This document shows, in pieces, positions 18,946-28,874 of a stretch of DNA of 33,500 nucleotides. The stretch covers positions 1-33,500 of IMG/VR virus record IMGVR_UViG_3300044724_002115. One strand, written 5' to 3'. This DNA is from a virus. Its lineage: Duplodnaviria > Caudoviricetes. Position numbers and translations under genes: made by a program. Under the pieces are notes generated by a model. That model was not told the DNA's origin and did no database searches. It worked only from the letters and a program-made list of their open reading frames with translations. How positions within the stretch are numbered: position 1 is the stretch's first letter; each line of letters starts with the position of its first letter.

Positions 18946-20913
18946 TTAAGGTGCTGCTCCTGTTGCTCCTTTCTTACTAGTTCTTGTTTCCTGTAGCTTC
19001 TCTGCTAACCCAAATTTTTGATTATCATCTAAGCTATTAAATTTAATATCTATTAAGGTATTCATATACTCATCTACTCTTCCATACTCATCAGCTCCCG
19101 GGTCAATATTAAATATAATATCTGTCTCTTCACCATCTTTATATAGTATAATGGCATCATCAGTAAATCCATCGTACTCTTTTGCACTATAACCTGTTCC
19201 TGCTAGATAAGCACTTATTGCCGGAGCTGACACTTCTTCATTGTCCTTTACAAATAAACTACCCTTAGAAGGCATTTCCTTTTCTATAACTCTCTTAACA
19301 GCATCCTCAAAAACAAGTTCTTCTTCTACAAATCCATCCTCAGTTCTTACCTTGTCAATATAAACATCTCTAGGTACTAATGTCTCAAGAGTAAATGTAG
19401 CGGTACTAGGAGTGGTTTTACTTAAATCAACTCCTGCTGCTTTCTCTGCCTCATCTAGATTCAGTATTCTATTTTCCTTATCTAGAAAATAATTAACCGT
19501 GCTTCTTGACCAATCCCTTTGTGTTTTAGTTCCAAAATCAATAGGGTCTTGGTCACCATTATCATAGGTAATTACTATACCACTTGCGGTCCTGCTTATC
19601 TCTTTTATGTCAGGATTTATACTTTTTAAGAAATCTGCTGCTGCCTCTACCTCAGCATCTGTATCTGCAGCATAAAGCTGACCTATATTTGTCATAACCG
19701 AAGCCTGCTTTTCCTTTCTATCACCTCTAGCATACTCAGTTGCTGTCTTAGGTTTATATACCTGACGAACCTCAACTGTTTCTTCGTATCCAAGACCTAT
19801 GTCTATCTGAGCTTTATAAGCCTCTCTAGCTACAGCTTTTTGAGCATCAGTCAGCTCTGCCTCAACCCTTCCGTTTACGCTCTTTAGCAGTATCAATGAC
19901 TCATCCTCTGCCGCAGCATCAGGGTCAAAGGTAGGCTCGTAAGATACACCATCAGGTGTGTTACCTACAAAATCTAAAAGAACAGATGCACCAAAGTTTT
20001 GATTTGAGCTAAGCTCTCCGTTAATAAAAGTATTTTGTGATTGTTCAAAAAGACTTAGGGTCTTTAAGTCCTCAACGCTAACCTCCATCTCAGTAGCTAG
20101 CTTCTGTAGCTCTTCATCACTCTTTCCTGCGAAACCACCTACCCTACTTCTGATGTCTTTTATTTTTTTAAAAGTCCCTGCCTTGTATTTATTTCCTAAG
20201 TTAGATATTATTCTTTGCTCCTCACCTAAGGACTTAATATATCTATCAGCGTTGCCAATAACATCATACTGAGTGTACTTAGTTTTTATCCTGTTCTGTA
20301 GCTGCTGTACTGTAACTAAATTGTTTGGGTCCGGGTCCGGAATAAGAGGTGCTGTTCCTGAACCCTTATACTTAGGGTCCGGAATAAGTTTTGCCATAGA
20401 CATAATACCTGTCTGCGGATTAACAACTAATTCCGTTGCGGTAAAGTTAGCGAAACCCTCTACCTGCTCCATCATCCAATTCTGCATCTGTGAAGCTCTT
20501 TCGCTTACAGGTAATGATGGGTCCATCATAGCCATCTTAGTAGCGTACTCATCGTTGTAGTCCTGCATTAAGCTAAAGGCTTGGTCAGTACCATCGCTTA
20601 GGTTCTGTCTCATTATGGTGTACTGCTTTGGGTTTAGCTGTCCGGACTTTAATAAGGTCTCCTGCATCAGCATCTGCTTCTGTAATTTTTCAGCAGCATT
20701 CAAGGCAAACTCATTAAGCTGAGTGTTCTCACCCTGAGGTACATTATTTAATATTGTCTGATAGTCAGCAGTAGCTTGGTCAATCGCAGCTTTTTTATCT
20801 TCCCTTGTCTTAACCTCTGCGTTAAGCATATCCACCGTATCAGTAGCTATCTGACTCCAATTTAGCTGAGTGTCCTGCGGGTCTCTCTGAACGTATCCGT
20901 ACTTAGTTGCCAT
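18946..20913 (-). CDS. putative internal virion (ejection) protein
   Basis: 655 aa, helical Q/A-rich N terminus; position analogous to T7 gp15 / P22 gp20. Confidence 0.55.
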   Translation of the reverse strand: MATKYGYVQRDPQDTQLNWSQIATDTVDMLNAEVKTREDKKAAIDQATADYQTILNNVPQGENTQLNEFALNAAEKLQKQMLMQETLLKSGQLNPKQYTIMRQNLSDGTDQAFSLMQDYNDEYATKMAMMDPSLPVSERASQMQNWMMEQVEGFANFTATELVVNPQTGIMSMAKLIPDPKYKGSGTAPLIPDPDPNNLVTVQQLQNRIKTKYTQYDVIGNADRYIKSLGEEQRIISNLGNKYKAGTFKKIKDIRSRVGGFAGKSDEELQKLATEMEVSVEDLKTLSLFEQSQNTFINGELSSNQNFGASVLLDFVGNTPDGVSYEPTFDPDAAAEDESLILLKSVNGRVEAELTDAQKAVAREAYKAQIDIGLGYEETVEVRQVYKPKTATEYARGDRKEKQASVMTNIGQLYAADTDAEVEAAADFLKSINPDIKEISRTASGIVITYDNGDQDPIDFGTKTQRDWSRSTVNYFLDKENRILNLDEAEKAAGVDLSKTTPSTATFTLETLVPRDVYIDKVRTEDGFVEEELVFEDAVKRVIEKEMPSKGSLFVKDNEEVSAPAISAYLAGTGYSAKEYDGFTDDAIILYKDGEETDIIFNIDPGADEYGRVDEYMNTLIDIKFNSLDDNQKFGLAEKLQETRTSKKGATGAAP

Positions 20914-20930
20914 AGTTTATATTTTATTTT

Positions 20931-21785
20931 TTAAGGATTGTAACCAAAGTATTGATTAGAGGGTTGATTAATTTGGCTTTGGTAGGCATCAATGTACTGT
21001 GGGTTCATCCTTAATTCAGCTCTTTGCTCAGGACTTAACGCTCTGTTAAAAGCTCTAAAATCTCTATTACTCATTGAACCGAAATCCAAACCACCTACAT
21101 CTCTACCAAAGTACTTCTGCTGCCTTTTATTAAAAATGTTTTCATTTTTCATTCCAACCTCCATACCTGAATAAGGAGCCTCTGATGATTTAGCTGCTGC
21201 ACCAACCGCAGCTTTTTGTGCTCCTGTATTTTTAGCGTAAAGCGGAGCCATAGATGCTGCCTGCCCTACTGCACTAATGGTTGATTGAATAGCTTGCTGC
21301 TTTGCTGCTGTTGCTGCTCGTTGAGCATCAGCTGCTGCCTGCTGATTTCCTGCTACCTCCTCTAAATCTAATGCCACATCTAGGTCTCTTAGTCTTGAGT
21401 CTTCCTCTAGGATTGCACCCTCGATATTTGTTAGCTCATCAGCCATAGCGGTTCTTATACCTGCCTGACCTTGTTGCTGTGCTGCATATACTCTACCTGC
21501 TGTTGCTGCTGCTCCCCTCTCACTTTCTTTACCTGCCTCGGTAGCCATAGCACCCTGAACCAACATAGCCTCTCTCTCTAAATCGTAAGCCTCTTTTTTG
21601 ATAGACATCTGCTCTGCGAAGTTTACATCTAGCTTACCTCTTGCAGCTGCCATTGCCGCTTCAGCATCTGCCTCTGCATCCTGCATTGCTTTCTTTTGTT
21701 TGTTAGCCTGAGCGAAGGACATTCCTGCTGATGCTGCTGTTGCAGCTATTGATACTCCTGCTGCTACTGTTGTTAATGCTGCCAT
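20931..21785 (-). CDS. putative internal virion (ejection/pilot) protein
   Basis: Hydrophobic Ala-rich N terminus, then Ala/Gln-rich coiled coil; position analogous to T7 gp14 / P22 gp7. Confidence 0.6.
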   Translation of the reverse strand: MAALTTVAAGVSIAATAASAGMSFAQANKQKKAMQDAEADAEAAMAAARGKLDVNFAEQMSIKKEAYDLEREAMLVQGAMATEAGKESERGAAATAGRVYAAQQQGQAGIRTAMADELTNIEGAILEEDSRLRDLDVALDLEEVAGNQQAAADAQRAATAAKQQAIQSTISAVGQAASMAPLYAKNTGAQKAAVGAAAKSSEAPYSGMEVGMKNENIFNKRQQKYFGRDVGGLDFGSMSNRDFRAFNRALSPEQRAELRMNPQYIDAYQSQINQPSNQYFGYNP

Positions 21786-21786
21786 A

Positions 21787-22206
21787 CTATAATGTTTTTA
21801 TCATTTCACTTGTATAAGAATCGGCTTGTGTATAACCTAGCTCCTTATACGTTTCAATTAATCCTTTATGTTTTATCAGAGCATAACAATACTTTGCTCC
21901 TTTATTCCTACAGATATTTGTTAGTGTCTCTATAAGCAAACCTATCGCATCTGTTCGTTCAGGTTTCTTCCTGTACTCCTTATTAGATATAATCCAATCA
22001 ACCCAAGCTACCTTGGAGTTGGTGAAGTAAACAAACCCTGCACATATAGGTGTGCCCTCGTCTAGCACCATCATTCCACCTGTTCCATCCTGCGGTAAGA
22101 AGTCCTTTGTAGGAGGCTCCCAACCCCAATCATTCCACCACTTTGTTAGGTGAGTATCGTAATCTGTCTCACCCAAGGGTCTAATGTCAAATATTTTCTC
22201 TGCCAT
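21787..22206 (-). CDS. GNAT-fold acetyltransferase-like protein
   Basis: IRPL..., ICAGFVY, WVDWIISNKEYR, LIETYKELGY pattern; lies between tail and ejection genes like T7 gp13 / P22 gp14. Confidence 0.7.
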   Translation of the reverse strand: MAEKIFDIRPLGETDYDTHLTKWWNDWGWEPPTKDFLPQDGTGGMMVLDEGTPICAGFVYFTNSKVAWVDWIISNKEYRKKPERTDAIGLLIETLTNICRNKGAKYCYALIKHKGLIETYKELGYTQADSYTSEMIKTL

Positions 22207-22216
22207 AAGGTATCAA

Positions 22217-22224
22217 CAAAGATA
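22217..22224 (-). promoter_or_regulatory. putative Bacteroidota -7 promoter element
   Basis: TATCTTTG on the - strand in the 24-nt gap, 10 nt before the GNAT ATG. Confidence 0.5.
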
Positions 22225-22230
22225 CTAAAT

Positions 22231-23049
22231 TTAAGGAAATGATTTCATAACTTCGCTCTCAACTACAAATAATTCTACTTTTTCTGTATTATCATTCTCA
22301 ATATAAAAAACTCCGTAGTGACCTAAAATTCCGTGAGACTCCGCAACCGCATTCTTTAGATACAGTATATAGGTGCTCTGATTAGTAGGTGCTGTGCCTG
22401 TTAGGTTGACAACAACTTGGTTTATACCTGCAGGTAAATCCTGATTAACTGCGGTGATATCTCCCATTATCTGAGGAACAACAGATGGTGGTGTACCTGA
22501 TGCGACACCATAATAGATAGTGTCACCGATGCTTATAATATTTCCTATCGAAGATGTAAGAGCAAAGTTTAGTGTAACAACAGAACCTGCAACCGTAAAC
22601 GATGTCGTAGAACCTAAACCATTTAAGGACCGAAGAGGATACTCCTGAACTGAATCAGCAGGGGTAGTGCCATCGTTCCTAACAAAGGCAAACCAAGAAC
22701 CTTCCTTTAGCTCGTAGTACTCCTTGTTTATAAAGCCTGTGGTTTGTATGTCACTGTACAGCTCTGTCTTCCAACTATCGCTTCCATCTAACTTAATGGT
22801 TTTAAATAATTTATTCTCTGTAGGCATATCATTAAATACAGAGGTCAGTGTTGATGGATAGTTCACACCGTAGTATTGGTTCCTTACCTCGTTGACATTG
22901 TGCCGGTATAGGTTACCTCTATTAAATGTGTAGAAGTAGTTGTTCATACCTATCATCCAATCAGGGAAGTAAGAAAAGAAAGAGGTCCAACCCTTTACCC
23001 CATCATCATAGCTTAGGGTATAGTTTGTATTTGCAGATGTCTGACTCAT
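22231..23049 (-). CDS. tail protein resembling the C-terminal part of crAss-like muzzle/stabilization proteins
   Basis: TLSYDDGVKGWTSFFSYFPDWM...YFYTFNRGNLYRHN...YYG...VFND.P..NKLFKTIKL...KEGSWF pattern. Confidence 0.6.
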   Translation of the reverse strand: MSQTSANTNYTLSYDDGVKGWTSFFSYFPDWMIGMNNYFYTFNRGNLYRHNVNEVRNQYYGVNYPSTLTSVFNDMPTENKLFKTIKLDGSDSWKTELYSDIQTTGFINKEYYELKEGSWFAFVRNDGTTPADSVQEYPLRSLNGLGSTTSFTVAGSVVTLNFALTSSIGNIISIGDTIYYGVASGTPPSVVPQIMGDITAVNQDLPAGINQVVVNLTGTAPTNQSTYILYLKNAVAESHGILGHYGVFYIENDNTEKVELFVVESEVMKSFP

Positions 23050-23067
23050 ATCTATAAAGTTTTTAAT

Positions 23068-24111
23068 TTAAGAACAAGGTATTAAGGTTATTACCACACC
23101 ATCCTGTGTTTCCATTTTTACATTAGTAGCTCCTGTACCCGGGAAGTTAGGGTCATAATAAACCCTCCATCCATCTGTCACAGGATTAGCTCCGTTGGCA
23201 TCAAAAAAAACTTGGTCCCTTACACTAGGCTGTGTTGTTGGAGTTCTTAGGCTTGTGCTAACAACGTATATACTATCCGTTCCTACAGTGCAAGGAGTTG
23301 CTTCTTCTGATGAATAAGGAGTAGAGTTAGAGTTAATACCTGTTAATACCTGCGGGCACTTAACATCTAAAACAAAATCAGAAAGAGCTACAGAGCTGCA
23401 GGATGAGATTAACTTAATCAAAAGCGAGGATGGAGATGCAGAAGGTTTTGGAACCACCACGCAAATATATCCCGGTGGTGTTGTATTGTCATTCTGAAGC
23501 ACACAGTCCGTATCTGCTATTGAATAGGACTCTGTTGTTCCTGAGTTCACAAAGCCATTAAGGACATAATCATAAACATCTAAATAACCTGACCCAATAG
23601 GTCCGTTAGGAGATGTTACTCCGCAGGTAGTCGTATTAACCCCAACCACTGTGTAGTTACCTGCATTCTGCGATTGACATAAACCACCATCATTAGATTT
23701 ACCACTGCCCTGAAAAAGAGTACCTACATCCCCTTGTTGTCTTACACCTTTATTATAAACTTGGTTATCATACTCCACAAGAAATCCATTTATCGCAGGG
23801 TCTAAGCCAATTATCACAGCTCCTACATCAGTTGCAGTTGAGCCAACATTCCAATCTATTCTGTATATAGCAGGAGCAGTTGGCGAGTCTTGTTTTATGT
23901 TTGTGTCACAGGACCGTAAGCAGGATGGGCATTGCTGTACCGCAGCCAAGGAGCAGAATGCTTTTTCACCTGTACCGTTAACTATCTGCTCTCTAGCTAC
24001 AAAACCATCTGAATATATTCCCGCAGGAGCACACAAAGTTAATGCTGCATCCGTGTAGATTGCAGTTGAATTACTTAGGGTTGTTCCATCTATATAATAT
24101 TGAGCACTCAT
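23068..24111 (-). CDS. Cys/Thr/Gly-rich putative tail accessory protein
   Basis: 347 aa, beta-rich, many Cys; lies between the two muzzle-like genes. Confidence 0.55.
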   Translation of the reverse strand: MSAQYYIDGTTLSNSTAIYTDAALTLCAPAGIYSDGFVAREQIVNGTGEKAFCSLAAVQQCPSCLRSCDTNIKQDSPTAPAIYRIDWNVGSTATDVGAVIIGLDPAINGFLVEYDNQVYNKGVRQQGDVGTLFQGSGKSNDGGLCQSQNAGNYTVVGVNTTTCGVTSPNGPIGSGYLDVYDYVLNGFVNSGTTESYSIADTDCVLQNDNTTPPGYICVVVPKPSASPSSLLIKLISSCSSVALSDFVLDVKCPQVLTGINSNSTPYSSEEATPCTVGTDSIYVVSTSLRTPTTQPSVRDQVFFDANGANPVTDGWRVYYDPNFPGTGATNVKMETQDGVVITLIPCS

Positions 24112-24128
24112 ATTCTATTTTATTTTAT

Positions 24129-24144
24129 GTGTCTTCAAAGACAC
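24129..24144 (+). repeat. GTGTCTTCAAAGACAC copy 6 (intergenic)
   Basis: Exact match in the 40-nt gap between the muzzle gene and the 347-aa gene. Confidence 0.95.
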
Positions 24145-24151
24145 TTTTTTA

Positions 24152-27100
24152 TTATAAATCACAAAGACAGCAAGCATTTATTAAGCTATCTCCTACACAT
24201 AAATCAACAAGAGTAGGTTTTCTGTAGTCGTATATAAGATACAGATACTCTCCATCCTGTACAGGAGGCATAGTAAAAGTACCTGTGTAGTAGTCAGGAG
24301 CACCCGCAGAGTTTGTGGACATAGGCACTGCAGCGTTCAATAAAGACTCTACAGCCGCCTGAGTATTTGGATAGTTAACTGATGACACCAACCACATAAA
24401 CTTATTTGAAGGAGCAAACGTAGCTGTGTCCTGAGAGAACTTATTAAATGCTAAGGTTACATTTGAACCTTCTGTAGGTATAGACCCTGACCCTAGATAT
24501 CCTGTAACAGAATTATAGTAGCTCACAACAGGCTGACTTGAACCTAAACCGAACTCAACCTCAGTTGACTGTATCGGTGATGTGTAGCTACCATCTACGA
24601 ACCTATGCTCGTTATGTGTTGTTAACCCTCCCTCGTTAGGGGTTGTAACACATACCTCTATAAGCGTAATTATCTTAGCATCCGGACAAGGAACATTTAG
24701 AGTTAAAGTAATAGGTTCGGTTACTCCCGGTCCGGGAACCAACTCAATAGTTGCATCTGTTACATTGACAACATCCTTAGGAAATGCTATAGTTCCATCA
24801 GCACCTACAATCGTTTGGCTGTATGTAAAACCGTTGTATGTAACAACAACAGTAAATACAGAAGATGAGCTAACACCTGTAAATTTAATATCTACATCAC
24901 CTATGTTGCTTCCAAAATTAAAGCACTGCTTATACGGTTCAAAAAAGGTTATATCCTGCTTAACTCCGCAGCTTACGCATTCTGTCGGTATAGGAATATT
25001 TATTGTATTAGATGACAGAACATATTCATTCATATAAGGGTCAAACCCTCCGAGCTTCTGAGTTTCAAAGCTAGTTATAAACAAATCCCTAAACCAACTC
25101 CTCATATCTAATTTTGAAACAACCTCTAATGAGTCATTACTATATGAAGTTCCTGTTAATTTTAGTACCGCACCTCTCTTAGCATCTGAGAAGTATTTAT
25201 CAGGACCCCACTGAGAAAAGCTCTCAGGGTTAAAGCTAATACCATATTCCTCTATCCTTGCTATCTGAGTTCCTAATACCTCAGGTACAGACTGAAGTAG
25301 ATTACCTGTGCCTGCATCAGAAAGCAGATTCTTTCCTGAAAGGACATAAGATATCTTATCCTCCTGAAGGGTTAGTACATCAGTCTCTCTAGCAAATAAC
25401 AACTGAATAGGACCAAAAGATTCTTCTAGTGGCTTGAAGTTAAGTAAGCCTCCGTTAAACTCATTTAGCTTATTAACATTTGATTCGTCATTATATATAC
25501 CGCTATAGGTAATATCAGCAAATCTTCTTACCTCCTTGTAGTCCACCGAGTTTGTTGATGTAACCCTGTTGCCTAGTGTAAAGTCCTTACCTATAACCCC
25601 ATCTCTTATCTTGTAGCTTTCGCATCCGTTTCCAAATGCGTAGCAGTTATAGAACCCTGTGTCTGCTATTGCAGGTAAAGGAGTGTTTAATAGCTGTTGG
25701 TCCTGCACATTCCCTAGGTGAGTTCCTTTAGGAATACTTATAGGTGTGTTTAACCCTGTTACATTAGCAGGACTCAAGGGAGGTGTGGTTGAATTTATAG
25801 CAGGTGACCCGCACTTAGCTACGATTGCAAATTCAGTAGTCCCCGCAGCTATTGAAATCTGAGCAGGTAATAAGCTCTCATCTATATAGTCTATAACAAT
25901 AGGATTGGGTTCTGAGGATGCAACCGCTATATTGTAAAAGCAGAAGTCATCTGTATTAATTATTGAAAAGGATTTCTCACTTTCGTACCATATATCAGGA
26001 GCAGAGTCTAGAGGTTCACTCTCAAATATTAAAAGGTTCTCGGCTCTATAGACAGTAATACTTCCTGAAATAGAAGAGTCCCTTTTTTTACCTGCTCCAT
26101 TACAGGCATTTGTTCCTGACATAGAAAAGGTAATAGGCTCTGTAACAGTTCCCGAATTAGTTACAACGCTCCTTTCATTTCCAAAGCACCAATAGTTTAC
26201 TCCTGTCGTAGGAGAAGGTGGTCCCTCAAAATTAAAACCGGGGGGTGTGGTTACCGTACCTATGTAGTCATTTTGAACAGTGCCGCCTCCACCGATATCA
26301 GCAACTCCTTGGTCAAGTACATTCTGAACATTATCTCCCTCAAACCATTGGTAAAAGCTGTCATAGGTCTGAGATGCAACCAATGTCTTCTCTAGCGTGT
26401 AGATTCTACGCTCACAATCAGCATCTCCATCCCCCACACCTAACCTTGTAAATGTAAAGTTAAATACTATCCTTGAACCTCCCGGTATATTCCAAGCTGT
26501 GTAAGGATTTCCTGTCGAGCCATCACCAAAAACTTGTCTAAAAAATAATACAGGGTAGCCATCACCTGTGGTAGCGGTGTCTACCTTAGTTCCTGAAGAA
26601 ACTATTGCATTTGCAGAGGATTCAACAGAGAAATTACCTGCCTTAATCTTCATATAAGTACCTGCAAGTGCAGTTAGCTCAGTACCATCATCATCCACAG
26701 GAGTAATAAAGTCTGCTGCTTTTGCAGCCTTGTCTAGTACAGTAGAGTATATACAGGACCTAGTGGGTCCTCTACTGTCGGCCTTTACAATTAATCTTTG
26801 ACCATCTGTTATCTTAGCTGAGTTCTCCCCCTCTAATAAGAAGTAGGTTTCGCTAGTATCGGGGTCGGTAAAATATATATTTGTAAATATAGTATCGTAA
26901 GTTTCTTTGTCAGGTTTAATGGCAAGCTTATATCTAGTTGCCCACCTCGGAGCAATCTGACTAGATGGTATAGTTACCTGCAGGCTATTCTTAGTGCTTG
27001 ACTTAGAGCAGGGTATGTGCTGTGTATTGTGCTGACTAACTAGAGCTGTTGTAGCTCTGTTGTATTCATCCATATAAATTATACCAACCTCGTAACCTCT

Positions 27101-28873
27101 GTTACTGTGGAGACTATCACTATTACCCGCCCTGATATAAGATATCTCCGCTGTCTTTAGTGAAAAGTATTCAGTGTATATCTCTGTAGACACAGTTGAA
27201 TCTACGTACTGAACCGCAGGAAAATCAAAATATATAAGATTGCTAGTTGGAAAAGAAAAAGCTCGGATTCCTGAACCAACAGTTGATGGTTGTGACTGAG
27301 GTGTATTAATACCATAATCATATTTATTTAATGTTCCTGAAGGTCCTCCTGAAATAATATCATCAAACTGCTGTATAAACACATCAGTCATTGTTGTTCC
27401 GCTATCTATTGTAGCTATCGGCTGTGAGGTATTTGTACCTATTAGGTCTGTAAACTCAGGAGAATTAACCCACTCGTAAACAGAGTTATAATCCTTAGTA
27501 AACTGAATTGAAAAGCTTAGCTGTATAGGCGGTTCGTTTATGTCTTGAGGTTTAGGATTACTGCCTGTCCAAGTATAGTGCTCCCACTCAAAAGAAAAGG
27601 ATATTAAAGCTCCTTCACGCAAACCGTTATCGAATGGATATAGGTTTGTTAAATCAAACACAGCTCTTGCATCAGGAACATTTCCCTCAGGATTCGGCAA
27701 TATATAATAATTTCGTTGCTCTAGAGAGCCTATTATTTCTGACTCATTTAATGATTCATTCTTCTGCTGAACCGTAAAGTCTAACCTTACAGGACTACCT
27801 GTATGGTCTACTAGGTCATATCCTTCAACGTAGTTACCGTACATCAGCCTATTCCCCATTATGGTCTGAGCCTTGGATAGTCTAGGAACATTGTCATAAA
27901 GTCTTAATATCTCAGCCTCGGGAAGTATTGTAAATATCTTGCTATTCTTAAATGTATACGACACCTCCTGATAGTCACTGTATCCGTTATCTTCTTTTGT
28001 TAGCTTCTCTATTATTTTTATAACAGGACTGTTAGCATCCTTAAATAATAAATCAATACCCTTCACTAACGGACCTCCTGCATTAAAGGTAATGACCGCT
28101 GTATTAAAAGCATTAGTCATACCCTCGTTAAGGTAGCTCTCTTGAGTGAAGTTAAAACTGTTAGGTATAAAAGCAGGACTTGTAAACTGAGATGTAGCTG
28201 AGTACTCATTATCTTCGTACCTGTATCTATACCCAAAACATATAAACCTTTCCTCTAAGAAGTTTTCTTCACCTCCGGTAGTCGATAAGAGTATTGATGG
28301 AGCAGCAACAGGTGGCTTCTTAATAACCAATATGTCCTCATCAGAAAATCCATCCACCAATCCTATAGGGTCAATATAATTTTTTTTTATATTTATTCTC
28401 CTTGGCTGATTTATGTTGTCCGTAAAAAACAAAAGGTCACCTACCTTGTCTACTCCTGTTATTAAAAACCTTGGGTCAAAATTTAATGTGGTGTCTGTTC
28501 CTGAACCATCGTTTATACTTATAACGTGGTACGTTGTTATCTCTGTTTTAGTATTATATGAAATAATTAAATCTAACTTATCAGTCGGACTTGCATTAAA
28601 GTTGTCATCGTGAATGAACCAATATATAGTTTCGTTAACTCCATCCTCAAAAGCACCTATACATCTTGCTGTTTCTGAAAGCGGTTCATTAGCATAAACT
28701 ATATTAGTAAGCTGATTATTTCCCTTTGTGTTTTCAATTACTCCTATCTCCGCTGCTTCTGTGGAACCCATTCTAATATTAAGTCCATCAATATACTGAC
28801 CATTGGGGATGAGTCTTTCATCCACCACCTTGTTCATTTTTCCTGCAGTAAAGTTTCTTTTAAGGTTCGCCAT
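24152..28873 (-). CDS. tail muzzle / stabilization protein (tail tubular B-like), N-terminal portion
   Basis: NFTAGKMNKVVDERLIPNGQYIDGLNIR start, LLFFTDNINQPRRIN, FGYRYRYEDNEYS, YDNVPRLSKAQTIMGNRLMYGNY, EEYGISFNPESF, GGFDPYMNEY: motifs I recall from crAss-like stabilization proteins. Confidence 0.75.
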   Translation of the reverse strand: MANLKRNFTAGKMNKVVDERLIPNGQYIDGLNIRMGSTEAAEIGVIENTKGNNQLTNIVYANEPLSETARCIGAFEDGVNETIYWFIHDDNFNASPTDKLDLIISYNTKTEITTYHVISINDGSGTDTTLNFDPRFLITGVDKVGDLLFFTDNINQPRRINIKKNYIDPIGLVDGFSDEDILVIKKPPVAAPSILLSTTGGEENFLEERFICFGYRYRYEDNEYSATSQFTSPAFIPNSFNFTQESYLNEGMTNAFNTAVITFNAGGPLVKGIDLLFKDANSPVIKIIEKLTKEDNGYSDYQEVSYTFKNSKIFTILPEAEILRLYDNVPRLSKAQTIMGNRLMYGNYVEGYDLVDHTGSPVRLDFTVQQKNESLNESEIIGSLEQRNYYILPNPEGNVPDARAVFDLTNLYPFDNGLREGALISFSFEWEHYTWTGSNPKPQDINEPPIQLSFSIQFTKDYNSVYEWVNSPEFTDLIGTNTSQPIATIDSGTTMTDVFIQQFDDIISGGPSGTLNKYDYGINTPQSQPSTVGSGIRAFSFPTSNLIYFDFPAVQYVDSTVSTEIYTEYFSLKTAEISYIRAGNSDSLHSNRGYEVGIIYMDEYNRATTALVSQHNTQHIPCSKSSTKNSLQVTIPSSQIAPRWATRYKLAIKPDKETYDTIFTNIYFTDPDTSETYFLLEGENSAKITDGQRLIVKADSRGPTRSCIYSTVLDKAAKAADFITPVDDDGTELTALAGTYMKIKAGNFSVESSANAIVSSGTKVDTATTGDGYPVLFFRQVFGDGSTGNPYTAWNIPGGSRIVFNFTFTRLGVGDGDADCERRIYTLEKTLVASQTYDSFYQWFEGDNVQNVLDQGVADIGGGGTVQNDYIGTVTTPPGFNFEGPPSPTTGVNYWCFGNERSVVTNSGTVTEPITFSMSGTNACNGAGKKRDSSISGSITVYRAENLLIFESEPLDSAPDIWYESEKSFSIINTDDFCFYNIAVASSEPNPIVIDYIDESLLPAQISIAAGTTEFAIVAKCGSPAINSTTPPLSPANVTGLNTPISIPKGTHLGNVQDQQLLNTPLPAIADTGFYNCYAFGNGCESYKIRDGVIGKDFTLGNRVTSTNSVDYKEVRRFADITYSGIYNDESNVNKLNEFNGGLLNFKPLEESFGPIQLLFARETDVLTLQEDKISYVLSGKNLLSDAGTGNLLQSVPEVLGTQIARIEEYGISFNPESFSQWGPDKYFSDAKRGAVLKLTGTSYSNDSLEVVSKLDMRSWFRDLFITSFETQKLGGFDPYMNEYVLSSNTINIPIPTECVSCGVKQDITFFEPYKQCFNFGSNIGDVDIKFTGVSSSSVFTVVVTYNGFTYSQTIVGADGTIAFPKDVVNVTDATIELVPGPGVTEPITLTLNVPCPDAKIITLIEVCVTTPNEGGLTTHNEHRFVDGSYTSPIQSTEVEFGLGSSQPVVSYYNSVTGYLGSGSIPTEGSNVTLAFNKFSQDTATFAPSNKFMWLVSSVNYPNTQAAVESLLNAAVPMSTNSAGAPDYYTGTFTMPPVQDGEYLYLIYDYRKPTLVDLCVGDSLINACCLCDL

Positions 28874-28874
28874 C

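Noticed and set aside
24112-24151. Readthrough fusing the muzzle gene to the 347-aa gene
   Set aside because: Tandem TAA stops, a 40-nt out-of-frame gap, and a normal A-rich leader before the downstream ATG.
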